From: Patellaria atrata CBS 101060
Lineage: Eukaryota
NCBI GenBank assembly: GCA_010093705.1
Contig: MU006092.1
Location: 130,623 to 194,622, forward strand
Length of the DNA stretch: 64,000 nucleotides
Direction of reading: 5' to 3'
Shown: positions 1-13,324 of the stretch, piece after piece
Position numbering within the stretch: position 1 is the stretch's first letter
Layout of the letters: each line of letters begins with the position of its first letter
Notes under the pieces: model-generated
Told to the model about the DNA's origin: nothing
Seen by the model: the letters and a program-made list of their open reading frames with translations, nothing else
Database searches by the model: none
Translations under genes and position numbers: made by a program

Positions 1-1353
1 CTTGATATTGCCAAAGAGCGCCTCCAACATTTCTTCAACAAATATGGCAACGATTTTGCGACCCCATACTTTCTAAGATACCTCGAAACAAAACAACCGG
101 CTTTGATTTTCAACCCTAGTATGTCTAATTCGCAATATCGCAAAGAATTCTTACAAGCGGACCCCAGCCGCGCCAAATTGAGATGGATCAATGAGGTGAT
201 AGTCGAAAAGAACCCTCACGAAGCTGCGAATGCTCTTCTGACCGTAGCCGAGACACAAGAGACAAACATTTGGTGTAAGAAGGTTGAGTTGTCGATTGCG
301 AAGCTTTCCCTGCTTGCAGCCGACAAAATCGCCGCTCTCCAGAGAAACTCCACCGAACTCAAGCTCACTACACTTCAAAACAAGCTATACAATCATATTA
401 GCCTTACTGTACTAGAATCCCTAGATCAAGACTCGGCCCTAGATCTTGTTATGGGTACGTACGCAGCTAAGCGTGTACATCGACGTCCCGGTGTTAGGCA
501 AGTCATCCGCCTCGGCTTCGAGCTTCTGATCAATCAACGTGTGCTCGACGCGGACATGCTTATTGATATCTTGACTCTAATGGACCACGAAAAGAGTCAG
601 TCGAGCGCAGACGATATCAGTGGACAGCAATTTTATCTCGCTCTGGATGTGCTTGCAACATCTAAGTCTAGCAAGAGTCCGTTCATATACGAGTCCCTTC
701 AGAAACTCATTTGGAAGAGATGTTACTTTATGGATGACTGGAACACGATCAATAAGACAGAAGGAAAGTCGGATGAGCATGTTGGCCGGGTGTTGCAGAA
801 AACAGTACTCTTCAGGACACTGAAAGCATGCGCAAAGGCCAGTAAGTTGCGTCCTCTCACTTTCGCTTCACGCCGTAATAGCTCGTTGTAATACGGTCTG
901 CTAACTGCAATACTAGCTCTACTAAAGGGCGCACCTCATGTGATCCCGATTCCTCCATCGGAATGTGTATCTGCGGGGTGTTCTCCTCAAGAGCTCATCC
1001 ATCGTTTCCCTTCGGAGGATATGCATCATCACGTCATGTCGGATAATGCCAAAGATGGCGAACAACTAACTAAGTACATAGAGCATGCCCGTTTAGATGA
1101 GTGGGTTAAAGCGTGTGATGACTTGGCTATTCAAATAGTGAATAAGGAAGGGGATGATGAGGCAGAAGAGAAGAGACTAGAGCAGGAGGGTGTGCTGGGA
1201 TGGAAAGAAAAGCCTTCGACTGACTGGGTGTTGGAAGAAGAAGACGACGAGAGAGTGACAGGGGCTCGAAGTGCTGCCACAAGCACATTTAATGGAGATG
1301 ATGAGGCTGAAGGAAGCGGGGAGCAGAGCGATACTGAGATGGGAGGTATGTAG
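1..1353 (+). CDS. NUP133: Nucleoporin Nup133, 3' part (gene starts before the window)
   Basis: Helical C-terminal motifs LRWINEV, KKVELSIAKL and LIWKRCYFMDDW resemble the fungal Nup133 C-terminus. An intron at 842-916 (GTAAGT..CTAAC..TAG) joins ORFs 103-891 and 940-1353. Confidence 0.8.
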
Positions 1354-2860
1354 GACGTGCGTGATATAGGCTCGCGCCTAATCGCGGTCTTTTACTTAAG
1401 CTTTGGTGAAGCCACTCTTAGGCGCGGTTTCTTGTACATATCATATTCCGCAGCGGGATTGCATACGGTTGGCGTTGAGCGTGCATGCTCCATTTGGGGA
1501 ATATCGTGATGCTGGATGCATCACCGCTGACAACTAGTCTGGATGGGTTGGGCGTTTTTATAGTTTAAAAGTTCAAAGACGTTAGAGTGATATATGTACA
1601 CTCAGGCTTTGGAAGACGTCTCATGTTGAGTGTTGTACTGTACCCATATACCGATACAACCATAGCATCGAAACCAAAGGCGACGTGCAGACTTTAAGGG
1701 TAAGTATCTGTAGAAGGTGGGTTTAGATTTCTTGTCAGATACAGTCGTGCTCTTGATTGCAGTAAGTTCGGGGTCGTCTAGAAGATACAGTGTGGGCCTG
1801 CGTGGATGCCGCACTCCGGAGAAGGCTCCTACATGATACCTTATTGTACCTGCATAAGGGTAACTTACAGGACCGGTTACATTACCTGACAGTTGTTAAT
1901 CCTGCGACTTAAATATCGTACTGTACTGTACGATATTATATAGATGAAAGAAGAGAGTCTACCTTAAGTACTCTCACCCCAGTATAGTGGAGGGATGCAA
2001 CTGTTAGCTAATGGCAGCTGAGAGAGAACCATACATACTTTACAGTAACTGTACGATACAGGCCACTGGAGTAAAGGTAGATGATATACCTTATCACCCC
2101 ATATGCAATTTGTTTATATGAATGAATCTGGGAACTTGGGTGTTGCTGGTCATGGTACTGGTTGGACGAATTTGCGATATCGCCGGGCGCCTTATTGATG
2201 AGTTAGAAAGGCGAAAGCGGAAGGTGAAACAGGTTACTCCATAGATACGTGGTTCTACCTTACGGCACTGCAAATTAGCCGCTCTCGACGAAGAGATTTT
2301 TCTATATCTACCTTAAAAATGAGAATTTTACCACCTCAAGCCTTTGATGGTTCTCACTGTACTATAATAAGTACGCTTTAACAGAGTGACAGCTTCGAAA
2401 CATTACCCTTCCGGTACCTTACCGTACCTTACTCGGTTGAGTTCGTCTAGGCTATTGTTAGCGGCTGGCTAGGATTTTCGGGACCGCTCGGCATAGTGTC
2501 GGAAGCACGCTCTGAGTGACAAGCTATACCAAAACAAGTATCGACTCTCTTGGCTGAACTGGACCTTGGACCCCCGGCTTTAACCTTACCTTACCTTAGC
2601 CTTTCCACCAGCACCTTCCTCTGCCTCGCTGAGACTTTCTGTCCCAAGTCCCATCTCTTCTCCAACCTCAACCCCCATCCTAAACCCCCCCCCTCTCACG
2701 ACAGGGAACCCGATACCATTTACTCTTCCTGGGAGTTCTCATGTGGTGTGCTTGAAAGGGCGCATACGACACCGATAACCTTCACTTCCACCTCGTTGTT
2801 CCCTCACCGCTGTCGTGAGTCCTTGGGTAGACGCTACACGCAGCACCTTCATCCGCACCC

Positions 2861-4628
2861 ATGGCCTCCGCCTCGTCTAACGTTGTGGGTGTCCATTATC
2901 GCGTCGGCAAGAAGATTGGGGAGGGTTCTTTTGGTGTTATCTTCGAGGGCACCAATCTGCTCAACAACCAGCAAGTCGCCATCAAGTTTGTACGTCTGGC
3001 TGATAGGGGCCTTGCTTGTTGGTACTCAGGAATTCGACTTCTAACTTCTGACTTACAGGAACCCAGGAAAAGCGATGCACCCCAACTGCGAGATGAGTAT
3101 AGGACCTATAAGATTCTCGTCGGATGTCGTAAGTTCCTCTTTCCCAAAACGATCCAAAACCATGAGTTATGTTGTTGGTCTTCCCACAACGGTTGGACAC
3201 CATGATGGAGGATCAACGCTTCACCTATCTGATTGCCTGGGATGATAAAGATTCATGTCCAACATTAACATGTGCCATATTGGATAATCTTTACATCGGC
3301 GTTTCAAGGCTAACGTGCTGTAGCCGGCATCCCCAATGTCTATTATTTCGGTCAAGAGGGCCTCCACAATATTCTGGTTATCGACCTCCTTGGGCCTAGT
3401 TTAGAGGATCTATTTGATCACTGCAATAGGCGGTTCTCAATCAAGACTGTTGTTATGGTCGCAAAGCAGATGGTATTGATTAAGCCCTATTTCTTCCACT
3501 GGTCGTTACTGACTCGCATGATCAAATAGCTATCGAGGGTCCAGACAATTCACGAGAAGAACCTCATTTACCGAGATATCAAGCCCGACAACTTTCTCAT
3601 CGGTCGCCCTGGGACCAAATCTGCAAATGTAATCCATGTGGTCGATTTTGGAATGGCCAAGCAATATAGAGACCCAAAGACTAAACAGCATATTCCCTAT
3701 CGAGAACGGAAGTCCTTATCAGGTACCGCTCGTTACATGAGTATTAATACGCATCTGGGGAGGGAACAGTCACGTCGAGACGATCTTGAAGCTCTTGGAC
3801 ATGTGTTCATGTATTTCTTAAGAGGTGGACTACCCTGGCAAGGCTTGAAGGCTGCTACCAATAAACAGAAGTATGAAAAGATCGGGGAGAAGAAGCAGAC
3901 AACAGCCATCAAAGATCTATGTGATGGATTTCCTGGTAAGTCTTGTAACTCCACCTCCGTTACCGTTGTCTAACTTTATACAGAGCAGTTTAATCAGTAT
4001 CTTTCGTACGTACGAAATCTTGGTTTCGAGGATACTCCTGACTATGATTACCTTCGTGAACTCTTTACTCAGGCACTCAAGGCCACAGGCGAGGTTGAAG
4101 ACGGCGAGTATGACTGGATGAAACTTAACAACGGTAAAGGTTGGGAAGCAATGAAGGCGCATCCCTCTGCTGCTCACCTACACCACAATCAAGTTCCAAA
4201 CTCATCTGCACGTGAACTCCATGGAGCACGCGGTGTAAACAAGCAAGTTCCCCCAGGTCGCCTTGACGCCGAGTTACCGAAGCCAGGAGCCTCACGTCAA
4301 ATTCCCGGCCAGACAGGCCAACAGAGACACAGTCAGAGGAACAACAACTATCCGGAAAACCTAGCGAAACGAAAGAGTGGTGCAGATCTAGGACCGCCAG
4401 AGGGATCAACTCAGGCACAGTTTCAGAACAGTGTCCAGAATCTACCACAAAGGATGAGTGCGACACCAGGCCAGATACAAACACAACCGCCGCAAAGTAC
4501 ACCTCGGGGACCCCAGCAGGCCGAACAGAAGGAAAGTGTGTTCAAGAGGATCATGAAGATTATCTGTTGCGGTAGGTGACATATGCTATTCTCTATCAAA
4601 GAGAACATTCTAATCATTACTAGCATAG
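2861..4628 (+). CDS. cki1: Casein kinase I, membrane-anchored Yck1/2-Cki1 type
   Basis: Motifs [23 protein letters not shown] and [24 protein letters not shown] are present across several short introns. There is a Gln-rich tail and a terminal Cys-Cys. The stop is at 4579 if unspliced or 4628 if the last intron is spliced. Confidence 0.95.
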
Positions 4629-5728
4629 CATAAGCTTCAAATGCCTATCGTCTACGACCCTTAATTTGTCGCTCTGGGTATCCATACCCTGATTTTTGCA
4701 CCTGCTTGGGTATTCCCATTTACTACTTCCGAACACATCTGCAACCTTCATGTCATCTACCCATCTTAGCGTCCCGACCCGCCTTCAACTGTATTCCATC
4801 AAATGTGCCTCTTTAAATCGGGCCACACGTCCGAGACCCTCCAAAAAATTCTCTTCCACCGTTGTGACGAATCACGACTTTTCTTTCTCGTTTCTATGCA
4901 ATTCTTGTCAAGTCTAGTCCTTCTCTCATCATTGGGGTTAAGAGGGTAGCGTGGTGTGTCGCGATTTTGTCTCTTGATTTTCTGCCTCATTATCCTCAGC
5001 TCCAAACCTACTTCCCACTTGGGCTTGAGCTGAAGCTGCACTAAGGAGCGTGGCAAGACATTGGGTTGGTAGGAATCAAAACCGATTTGCGTTGTATTGT
5101 TAGACTACTTTCGACGGCGGCATTTGCGTTTGGCAGTTATCCATTCCAAGTTTGCTATTCATCTTCTTTTTGAACACTGATATATCCCTGTTTCTCATCC
5201 AGCCCTTGTTGATCTGGGATGCAGGCGTATGGGAAGGGGGGATCTTGTATGGCTTTTCCTTTATCCTCCAACTCTCCTTTATCTTTGGTGCTCTGCTTTG
5301 TAAAAGGAGATGAAACCTGGGGTCGAAAATAAGCAAAGAGAGATGGATGGGAAGGGGAAAGGGAATGGTTGGACTAGAGAATCATGGGTGTTAATACTAG
5401 TAGTTAGCAATAGTAATGAATAGAGAGTTGTCAAATTTATATCAATTCAGTCATAGTAGGTGTACAATATCCGTGTTATACTGTAGGAAGCAATAGATAA
5501 GCCCATGCGTTTTCCAGTTCCTTTCATACAATCCCATGCTAACAACTCCAAATGCTGATATCTTGATAGCAAGGGGGCCACACCAACACTACCAAGGACT
5601 AACTCAACCCTTTCTTCATCCTAATTATCGGGTTTTTTCCTCTCCTGTGAGACTCTATGTTTTCAGCACCCCTTCAGTGGCGCAATCCTACGACACGAAA
5701 ATCAAATACCATGGACATCTCTCACATT

Positions 5729-6571
5729 TTACGTCAATTTTTGCTTGATGAAAAAGGCACGTAGATGGGATAGTTGCCAGGCGCAAGTGACACCAAGGAC
5801 GGCGAGCTGCATCAGGGTCCAGCGGACTACGCGTGCATTTGTGCTCTCAGATTGATCGCGGAACTCGGCTTCACGCTCCTGAACATTAAATTCATCAGTA
5901 TGCCTTCATTCTCGACAGTATATCATCTTCTCTTGAAAACGAAGAGAAAGGGGATCTCTTACCCTCTGATACGCTTGCTCCCGTTTGATATCATGCACCC
6001 TTCCTACAAGATCCTTGACCTTTGTCGCCAAATCCGCCATTTTTCCCTTATCCGCGCTCTCGATAGCACTCGTCTCCCCAATCGCGATATCCAAGCTCAG
6101 CTTTACACCCCCCGTTGCCGCGCCGCTGGTGAGCCAGCCTGTGTGTACGTGCGTCCCGGTTGGCAGGAAGCACATGCGGTGCTCGCCGCTGTCAGCGGCG
6201 CTGAAGGTGAATTTGCCGGAGGATGAGCCTCGTTGGGATATGATGCGGTGGTTGTTGTCGAAGACTTCTTCAACAGTTATGAAAAGCCCGAGATCGGGGG
6301 CTGGAAGGTACGCTTGGGCTTGTTGATCCCATTGGGTTGCGGTGTAGTGACCTGTTGATGGATGTTAGAGTATGTGTACTCCGCGGGACTCGTGCAATCA
6401 AAGGGGAATCTAGGGGTGCATTGAAAGAATTGGGTCCGCACCGACGACTAGAGTATCTTTTGGTAGTTCCTCAAAGAAGCATTTTGGTGAGGTCGCGTCC
6501 ATGTAGAAGTATAGGGCTTGCGCAGGGAGCAATAAGGATGCCACCGCTGCGGCGAAGAGAGCGGATCGCAT
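5729..6571 (-). CDS. p24/emp24/gp25L (GOLD domain) cargo receptor, Erp1-like
   Basis: Manual splice gives signal peptide [19 protein letters not shown], then [55 protein letters not shown], a TM helix and the tail FFIKQKLT. Two introns. Confidence 0.92.
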
Positions 6572-6587
6572 TCTAGAGAATCAGCAG

Positions 6588-6620
6588 AGAAGAAGAAGAA
6601 GAGGAAGAAGAAGAAGAAGA
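6588..6620. repeat. Imperfect (GAA)n microsatellite just upstream of the p24 start codon
   Basis: Sequence reads gaagaagaagaagaggaagaagaagaagaaga. Confidence 0.85.
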
Positions 6621-7335
6621 GAAAACCCAGAAGGGATCCAAGCGAAATAGGGTGAAATCACAGAGTGTTCGGCTGTTGATGTCGTTATTGTTGCTACCAG
6701 CTCTTGTCCCTTATCCCAACGTGTCGCCAAATTATTCAGATGTCAAAGGGGTTTGAAAATCCCGACTGAGTTATTCCGTTCCGACTCCTTTCGAACTCTT
6801 GGCTGCAGCACATTTTCTGACAAGGTTTCTAGTTCCTTTGGAAATGTACAAACTACATCACACCCGACACCTCACTTTACACAAAGGAATAATCCGTCGT
6901 CGGCTCCAACATAAAGCGGAGTAGCATTCCGATAAGACAGCGTTTGATACGAACCAGTCGGTGTAAGCGGAGGTGGTATGGCGCTGCAAAAATGGACAAA
7001 TGGCTCACTTTTGCCCCTCCACACAGCCACAAAACTGGACCTCAACATATGCATGGGCAGATGGTATTGTTTATCGTGTCTCCGTAAGGTAAGGCCTTGT
7101 GGGATAAAGAATAAGAATGCAACTTATTTTATGCCACTTAACTCTCCTATATTTCTACTTGATCTGAATCTCTTTTCAACTTTCAAGTTTTGATATCAGA
7201 TCCGTCAAAACTTGTCCCTTGATTTACGTCACAAGTCCCTGATCTACAAAAGTCAGGTACAAGTACGTTCCTTCGCTCAATCGCCTAGAAAAATACCCTC
7301 TCTTAACCCTGCCTTACAAGAACAACCAGAACTGC

Positions 7336-8157
7336 ATGGCTACGAAAACACCCGCAAGAGAAGAAGTAGTCCGCTTCGCATCCAAAGAATATCAAGGGCA
7401 ACAATGTCCCGTATGTCTCAACCCTATGGACGTTGCAGCTTCCAGTAGCTATATCGGTACCGACCACCGTGCCGTTCAACTCGAATGCAAGCATGTCCTA
7501 GGTGTTAAATGCCTTACAACCTGGTTACAGAAGAACACCAACTGCCCAGTATGCAAAGAGTCTCTGTTTGCTTCAAAACACCCCGAGGTCCCTAGACATC
7601 ACCAAGACCCCGTAAACGGGCCATGTCCTATCACGCACATGCCACCTCTCCTCCCTAAACATCGAAGAGCTTCGGGTATTCATATCAGACATCTCCGGGG
7701 CACTGTACCCGAATACAGGACTCTGAACCGCGAGATTATGACCCTAAACGAAGGGCGTCGAGACCTCAAACTCGAAACCAGCGCTCTCGAAGAGCCACTA
7801 CGCGAAGTCTTCGAAGAAACCTGGGGGGAACTCGGTCTCCACGACCACACCACATGGCAAGACTGGACACGGCTACGGGAGCGCTGGCGTCGCGAAATCA
7901 GCTCCTCCTTGTACGGGAAATGGGAAATCCCCGACATCTGCCGGCCGAGGGAATTGGCAGGAAGAGACTGGACACCGGAGATGGTGTGCAGTATACGATA
8001 TCATCCACGTTCCCTCCCGCAGTTACTGCTGAATCTGAGCAATGTGGAGAACCAGCCACCGTTGTCGAAGGGGCAGTGGAAGTTTGTTGTGAGATTTTTG
8101 TTGGTGAGGCTGTGTGAGAAGTTGTATCCGCTGGGGGAGCCTGTCAGGGGTATGTGA
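7336..8157 (+). CDS. RING-finger protein (RING-G variant), putative E3 ligase
   Basis: Motif CPVC..LECKHVLGVKCLTTWL..CPVC in an intronless 273-aa ORF. Confidence 0.75.
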   Translation: MATKTPAREEVVRFASKEYQGQQCPVCLNPMDVAASSSYIGTDHRAVQLECKHVLGVKCLTTWLQKNTNCPVCKESLFASKHPEVPRHHQDPVNGPCPITHMPPLLPKHRRASGIHIRHLRGTVPEYRTLNREIMTLNEGRRDLKLETSALEEPLREVFEETWGELGLHDHTTWQDWTRLRERWRREISSSLYGKWEIPDICRPRELAGRDWTPEMVCSIRYHPRSLPQLLLNLSNVENQPPLSKGQWKFVVRFLLVRLCEKLYPLGEPVRGM

Positions 8158-9783
8158 TTCAAAAGCATGATGGTTGAGATAAGCGATTCGACTGATAGAG
8201 AGCTTTGATTTTTGGGCGTTGATTTTAAGCACCCTTTGGGTTATGCGGGTGTGAGAGCGGCAGTTGTTAGTACCTATTCTGCAGGTAAACTTTATGAATA
8301 ACGAGTCCGATTGAAGTGCCATGGTTCGCTATTTACCGGCAGAAATTTCTTTCCGCTTTTGTACTGTGGGCATCCATTGTTTGTCTTGCGCTTGCTCTAC
8401 TCGATTCGGCAATACGGCCGGATATCACTCCGGAACATTTCGCGTGGCTGTACAGTATAATTCAGAAGCGTTTGCGCGGTGAGCGTACCGTTGGCCAAGG
8501 ATGGCGGTGAGGAGGGGAATATATGGTAGGCTTATGTATAAGTTTCTCTAACAAATTGACTGGGACTGAATATGCTGCAATACACAGTGACATGAGTATT
8601 TCATATCTTTATTCCCGGCGAGCATCCATGGATTGCATACTCCAGTCCCTGTATGTCCTTACTGCAGGTTATATCGTCGGGCTGTCTCAGACCTCAACGT
8701 ACAGCCAATAACAGAGTGTATGAGGATTCTCAACTGTACCAATAAACTGGATCATGAAAGCTCCGCCTATTGTACTCTCGGTTTGGAAGGGATTTCCAGC
8801 TTTATGATATAATTACCTTACGAGAAGGTACGGAGAACTGGTAGTCGACCCAATCATAAAGAGCAAAGGCGTTTTCTAGATAGTGCGAAATAGGGACTGA
8901 GCAGCTGTTGTGAAGGTACATCCTTCACGCTTAGGACAAGATGAGGAAACAAGATTTTTCAATGTTTTGAACGGTCGATTCTGGAGTGGGGAAAGAACCT
9001 GGAGGTTTGTCGATTAGAAAGAGCAATTGCATGGTACCTGAGTCCAGACGTGGATATTTTTCCCTATTCCTTATTCGTGACCTTGATGGAGACTATCACG
9101 GGATGGGATAGTTAGTACCTCCTAAATATCTACTTATGGTGGGTGTTTCTTCAACTAACACCACCTTATGTTCCGAGACAAGCGTGATGGACTATGCAGT
9201 TCCAACTTTCCCTCTTTGCGCGGTTCTACCTTCCCCATACCTTACAGACCGCATATTTCAGGCAAGAATACTTGCCTTGCATGATCTCAGGAGGGGCGGT
9301 GCAAACCGTAGTCGATGCCTTCCGAAGATGAGAGCCTGATGTACTCAGGAAATTGATCGATGGAGCAGCTGTACGACGAAAATCACGATTTCAGGTAGCT
9401 TCTTCCTTCAAGCAATAGAAAACGAACATTGAAAGCTTCTAGATACCAGAAAATAAGGACACTGGCGATACAGTATGTGAAGTTCCAGTAAGGTGTTGCG
9501 AAGGAGGGACGTTGTGCCATGATAGGAAAGCTGGGCTTGTGAATGGGGACATTGCTTGCAGTGGAACGCTCTGGCTCTCCTTTTAACATGGTGACAGACG
9601 TTGTAGCGAAGAGAAAGCGCGATGCGCGTAAGGTAGGTTGGTGTTGTTTTCCTTTTCCCAAGATATCGTACGCTCCCGTTCTCTGTCACCCGGTTTCTTT
9701 GGCGTAAGGTTCAGAACTGTTCAACATTGTACTTTGCTATTAGAGTTTCTCTACATAAATTGGAATTATTAATTCTCGCAAAG

Positions 9784-10420
9784 ATGTTAACTCACATCCT
9801 CATCCCTATCCTCACATTCCCAGCGCTTCCTATGCTGAGCAAGCCTCTTTCTCCGTCGGGATACTACATACAGACTATCTCGTAAGTGTTCTCTTCAAGC
9901 CGCAAGGAATACCACCACTTAGACTTTCTGTAGACCACGTCAGGCAAGTATCGCACCAATGTACTCCTTCGGCGGCTACCTCCGTCGTAACGGCACCTCC
10001 CGTGACATCGAAATGTGGGAGTTGCGCGCGAAAGTTGACTCTAATCCATGCGTACTTGTTTATCCTTCTTTGAACCCTGACAGAGAAACCTACACCATCG
10101 CAACCGGTGACGACGGCAGTCAGATGCTCGCCTATATTCACCCTGGACCGCGAGAGACGGTACCATACGATATGCATGGTGACCTGCTTGGCGGAGCCAT
10201 TTTCATCGCAGACCCAGAGGATGTGCAAAGAACTGAAACGTAGACCGCTGGATGGTGCGGGATGATTACTACGGACGGTTGACTCTTGGGGTCAAGGACA
10301 GCGTGGCTGGAAGTCACCCTTGGACGGTGAATGGTAATAAGTGGCTTACGGTGGGGCGGAAGTGGTTGAATTGGACGTGGCTCGAGGGGCATGGAAGCAT
10401 CCAGCGTTCTGGAGGCGTAT
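9784..10420 (+). pseudogene. Possible small secreted protein gene, apparently frameshifted
   Basis: Hydrophobic N-terminus MLTHILIPILTFPALP. A putative intron at 9882-9933 splices in frame to ORF 9959-10243, and protein-like sequence continues in another frame after about 10235. Confidence 0.35.
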
Positions 10421-12370
10421 GCTCAGCAGGCTTGTCAGATGGGTTCAGCTATTCGGTTTGCGGGAAGTGTTATTCTGAAAGGAGTTGTTTGCGTGTGAGT
10501 CGTTTCCTCTATTACCTGTTGCATCCCCTTTTCTGTCTCCTTTCTGGCTCTTTTACTTGCGTTTGGATGTAACTTTGCTAACGAGTTCCAAAATCTACTA
10601 CAGATGAGTGTTCCGGAGTGCACACTATCCTGGAATTGATCGAGGCAGGGCGGTATGGACAAAACTAGTGTGGATCCTATTGATGAGCTGTAAACAACCT
10701 CTTTGATGTTGTGAATTAGAGGTCTAACGTAATGGTGATAAAAAATCCTCATGTTCCAGAATAGAGCAACTATGATTTGACCAACACACCATATATGCTT
10801 CGAATCCCACACACGCCATATGAGTATATGTGATATTACTTTAGTGGATGACGTATTTCAGGGGTGGAAGTCCCAAAGAATACCTTACTTCTTGCACATG
10901 TCCATAGTGGTATTAATCCGTGATCGATCCTCAACGCAACAATCTGGCATGGCAACGTCAAAGAGGTCTTGTAACCGTCAGTTTCAGAGGAGTGTGTATA
11001 ATACCATACTTTAGGTTTGCTGCTCAATTCCGAACATAATAGCGTGTTTGGCCTCTAACAAGTGGCATTCGGCTAGCGTGAGGGTGTCATTAGACATATA
11101 TCCCCGCTCTTTTCGTGATGTTCCTAACTGGGCGTAATGTGCACTTGAGTAGAATTCTGACCTACCTGTATTGTACAAGCTATGGAGACTCGAGAAGAGT
11201 AAAATCGTGAAAAGCCCCACTATATGTATAGTACGCGAATAGTGACCGAGGACTACCCGCTGTACATGCAAAGGGACTGTAGCAAAAGAGAAAACGCACC
11301 GAAAAGAAGGACTATATCGTTCCTTCAACCCTCTGTTCGGTTGTTTTGCATGAAATACATGGATTTGATGGTTAAGAGAGTTGAGAGGTAAAGATATAAT
11401 TTGGTTTAGATAGGGAGGTCGGGACTGTAGCTCATGATGCTACATATGACGCTCTTCCTCGTCTCAACCGGATGCTCGAGAGGGTAGGTCTCTATGCGTG
11501 AGTAATATCGAAGAGGAAAGACTAAATAACTATAGAGTCCGGAATCCGAATTCATCGTTTCGATCGCATCTACGACCTCGTGATGTTTCGTCTTGATAAC
11601 TTCTTGGTTGTCAAAGAAAGACGAAGGTACCTTATATCTACGATCGTGCATACAAATTCGGTAATCACATAATTTTGGAGACGAAGATTTGAAAATATGA
11701 GTTCGCGATGGTGGTTGAGAGAGCTGAATCATGAACCCACCGTCATAAGAGGCGTTCGATGCCAAGTAACCCCAGACGAATATGATGTGCACGGCTACGG
11801 CTGATGTTGCGTTTCGAAGGTCAAATTCAAATTCCATCCCGAACACTGCGCGCTTTTTGACGGACTGTATCGTGCCAATCAGACCAACCCCGTGCAACAA
11901 GGCCCAAGGCCGATAGTGGTATCCCAGCCCTTCCATGTTAAGATGTGATAACATGACTTCTAGCGAGCAAAATTGATCCTGAAGCAAAACCGGCCTGGCA
12001 AAAGGAAGAGCTCCGTCGTGGCTGGAGGTATGATCCTGTCAGCTTCAACCTCACCGCGACTCCAGTCTTTTGTCGTAACTCCAGTTCTTTCATCCATCTT
12101 AACTGACTGCAATTGTTATCACGTAAAACACCCATAACACCTTTGCTATAAAGCTTCATTACAATTATATTGTTGCACAGACCTAGGTAAGCAAGCGCCG
12201 ACCGCATCTCTATCACATCGAATCCAATTCTCCACGGCGCAACTGCAAATTCAACAGCCATATAAGCTCTGTTCGAGCTCTCAATTAGTCTCAATCATCT
12301 CGAGAACACTCTTTATCCCATGCCATAGAATTTGCTGACCTGACTGAAGCCGAAAGGGTTCCTGTCTATC

Positions 12371-13324
12371 ATGGTTGAGCTAAGGAAGCGGAAGACTCCT
12401 CCCCCCGCTCCAGTCAAGCCCGCAAAGAAAAAAGCACCTCCCAAAGCAACTGGCGCAACATCCAAAGTTGCAAAGGCGAAAGCTGTAATCGCTAAAGCAG
12501 TAACTGGGAAGGAACCCGCGGAGTCATCAATGGCAGCAGAGCCTACTGTTGAAGCAACCAATGGAGCTGCTACTACCAGCGGACCTCCAACTGTTGGTCA
12601 AACCATCACTCTTGAAGGCTTTGGGGGCGAAATAGAAACCAATGACGGTGTAAAGACTACTCTGGCCAAGCTTGTAGAAGAGAGCGCTGGCGGCGTGGTG
12701 CTCTTTACATACCCAAAGGCCTCAACACCTGGATGTGAGTGAAATCTTTCCCGTATCTTTTAGATTCCACGTCGAGAGCTTCTCCGTATCATCGCGCTCA
12801 ATGTCTCCTGGTTGCCCTAAATCATATCGTGTGATGACTATGTTTCTCGTTCGACCTATAGATATGGTGAATGGGTTGGTGGGACAGCTTGCTAAATGTT
12901 CTTCCAACTAGGCACGAACCAAGCATGCCTCTTCCGCGACTCTTATACTCCCCTCACAGCTACCGGATACAGTATCTATGGTCTCAGTACCGATTCTCCC
13001 AAGGCAAACACAACTTTTAAGAACAAGCAGAACCTGCCATATGCGCTCCTTTGCGACCCATCTGCGACCCTGATCTCCGCCATTGGCCTGGCGAAGAAGA
13101 CCAAGGGTACCACGCGCGGAGTTTTCGTGGTCGATAAGTCAGGGGAAGTGCTCGCCGTCGAGGCCGGTGGCCCACAGGCTACTGTTGATGTCGTCAAGAA
13201 GCTTGTGGGGGAGGGAAACGCACCCGCGTCCTTGAACAGGGTAGCTACGGAAGAAGACAAGAAAGTAGCAGCTGTGGCGGGTGAAGTTGCTGATACGGCG
13301 GAGAAGCTGGATAGTAATGAATAA
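12371..13324 (+). CDS. DOT5: Nuclear thiol peroxidase, BCP/PrxQ family
   Basis: Lys-rich N-terminus. The motif [23 protein letters not shown] (CxxxxC) is restored by an intron at 12735-12911. GLSTDSP is also present. Confidence 0.92.

Noticed and set aside
3129..3323. Long casein kinase I intron with ATGATGG..CTGA
   Set aside because: Box C is imperfect and the spacing is too short for a C/D snoRNA.
11406..12294. Two overlapping minus-strand ORFs (193 and 118 aa), a possible frameshifted gene
   Set aside because: No recognisable motif or clear splice signals, and non-ATG starts. Cannot distinguish a relic from chance.
12735..12911. Box C-like GTGATGA in the long DOT5 intron (possible snoRNA)
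   Set aside because: No downstream CTGA box D within the intron.
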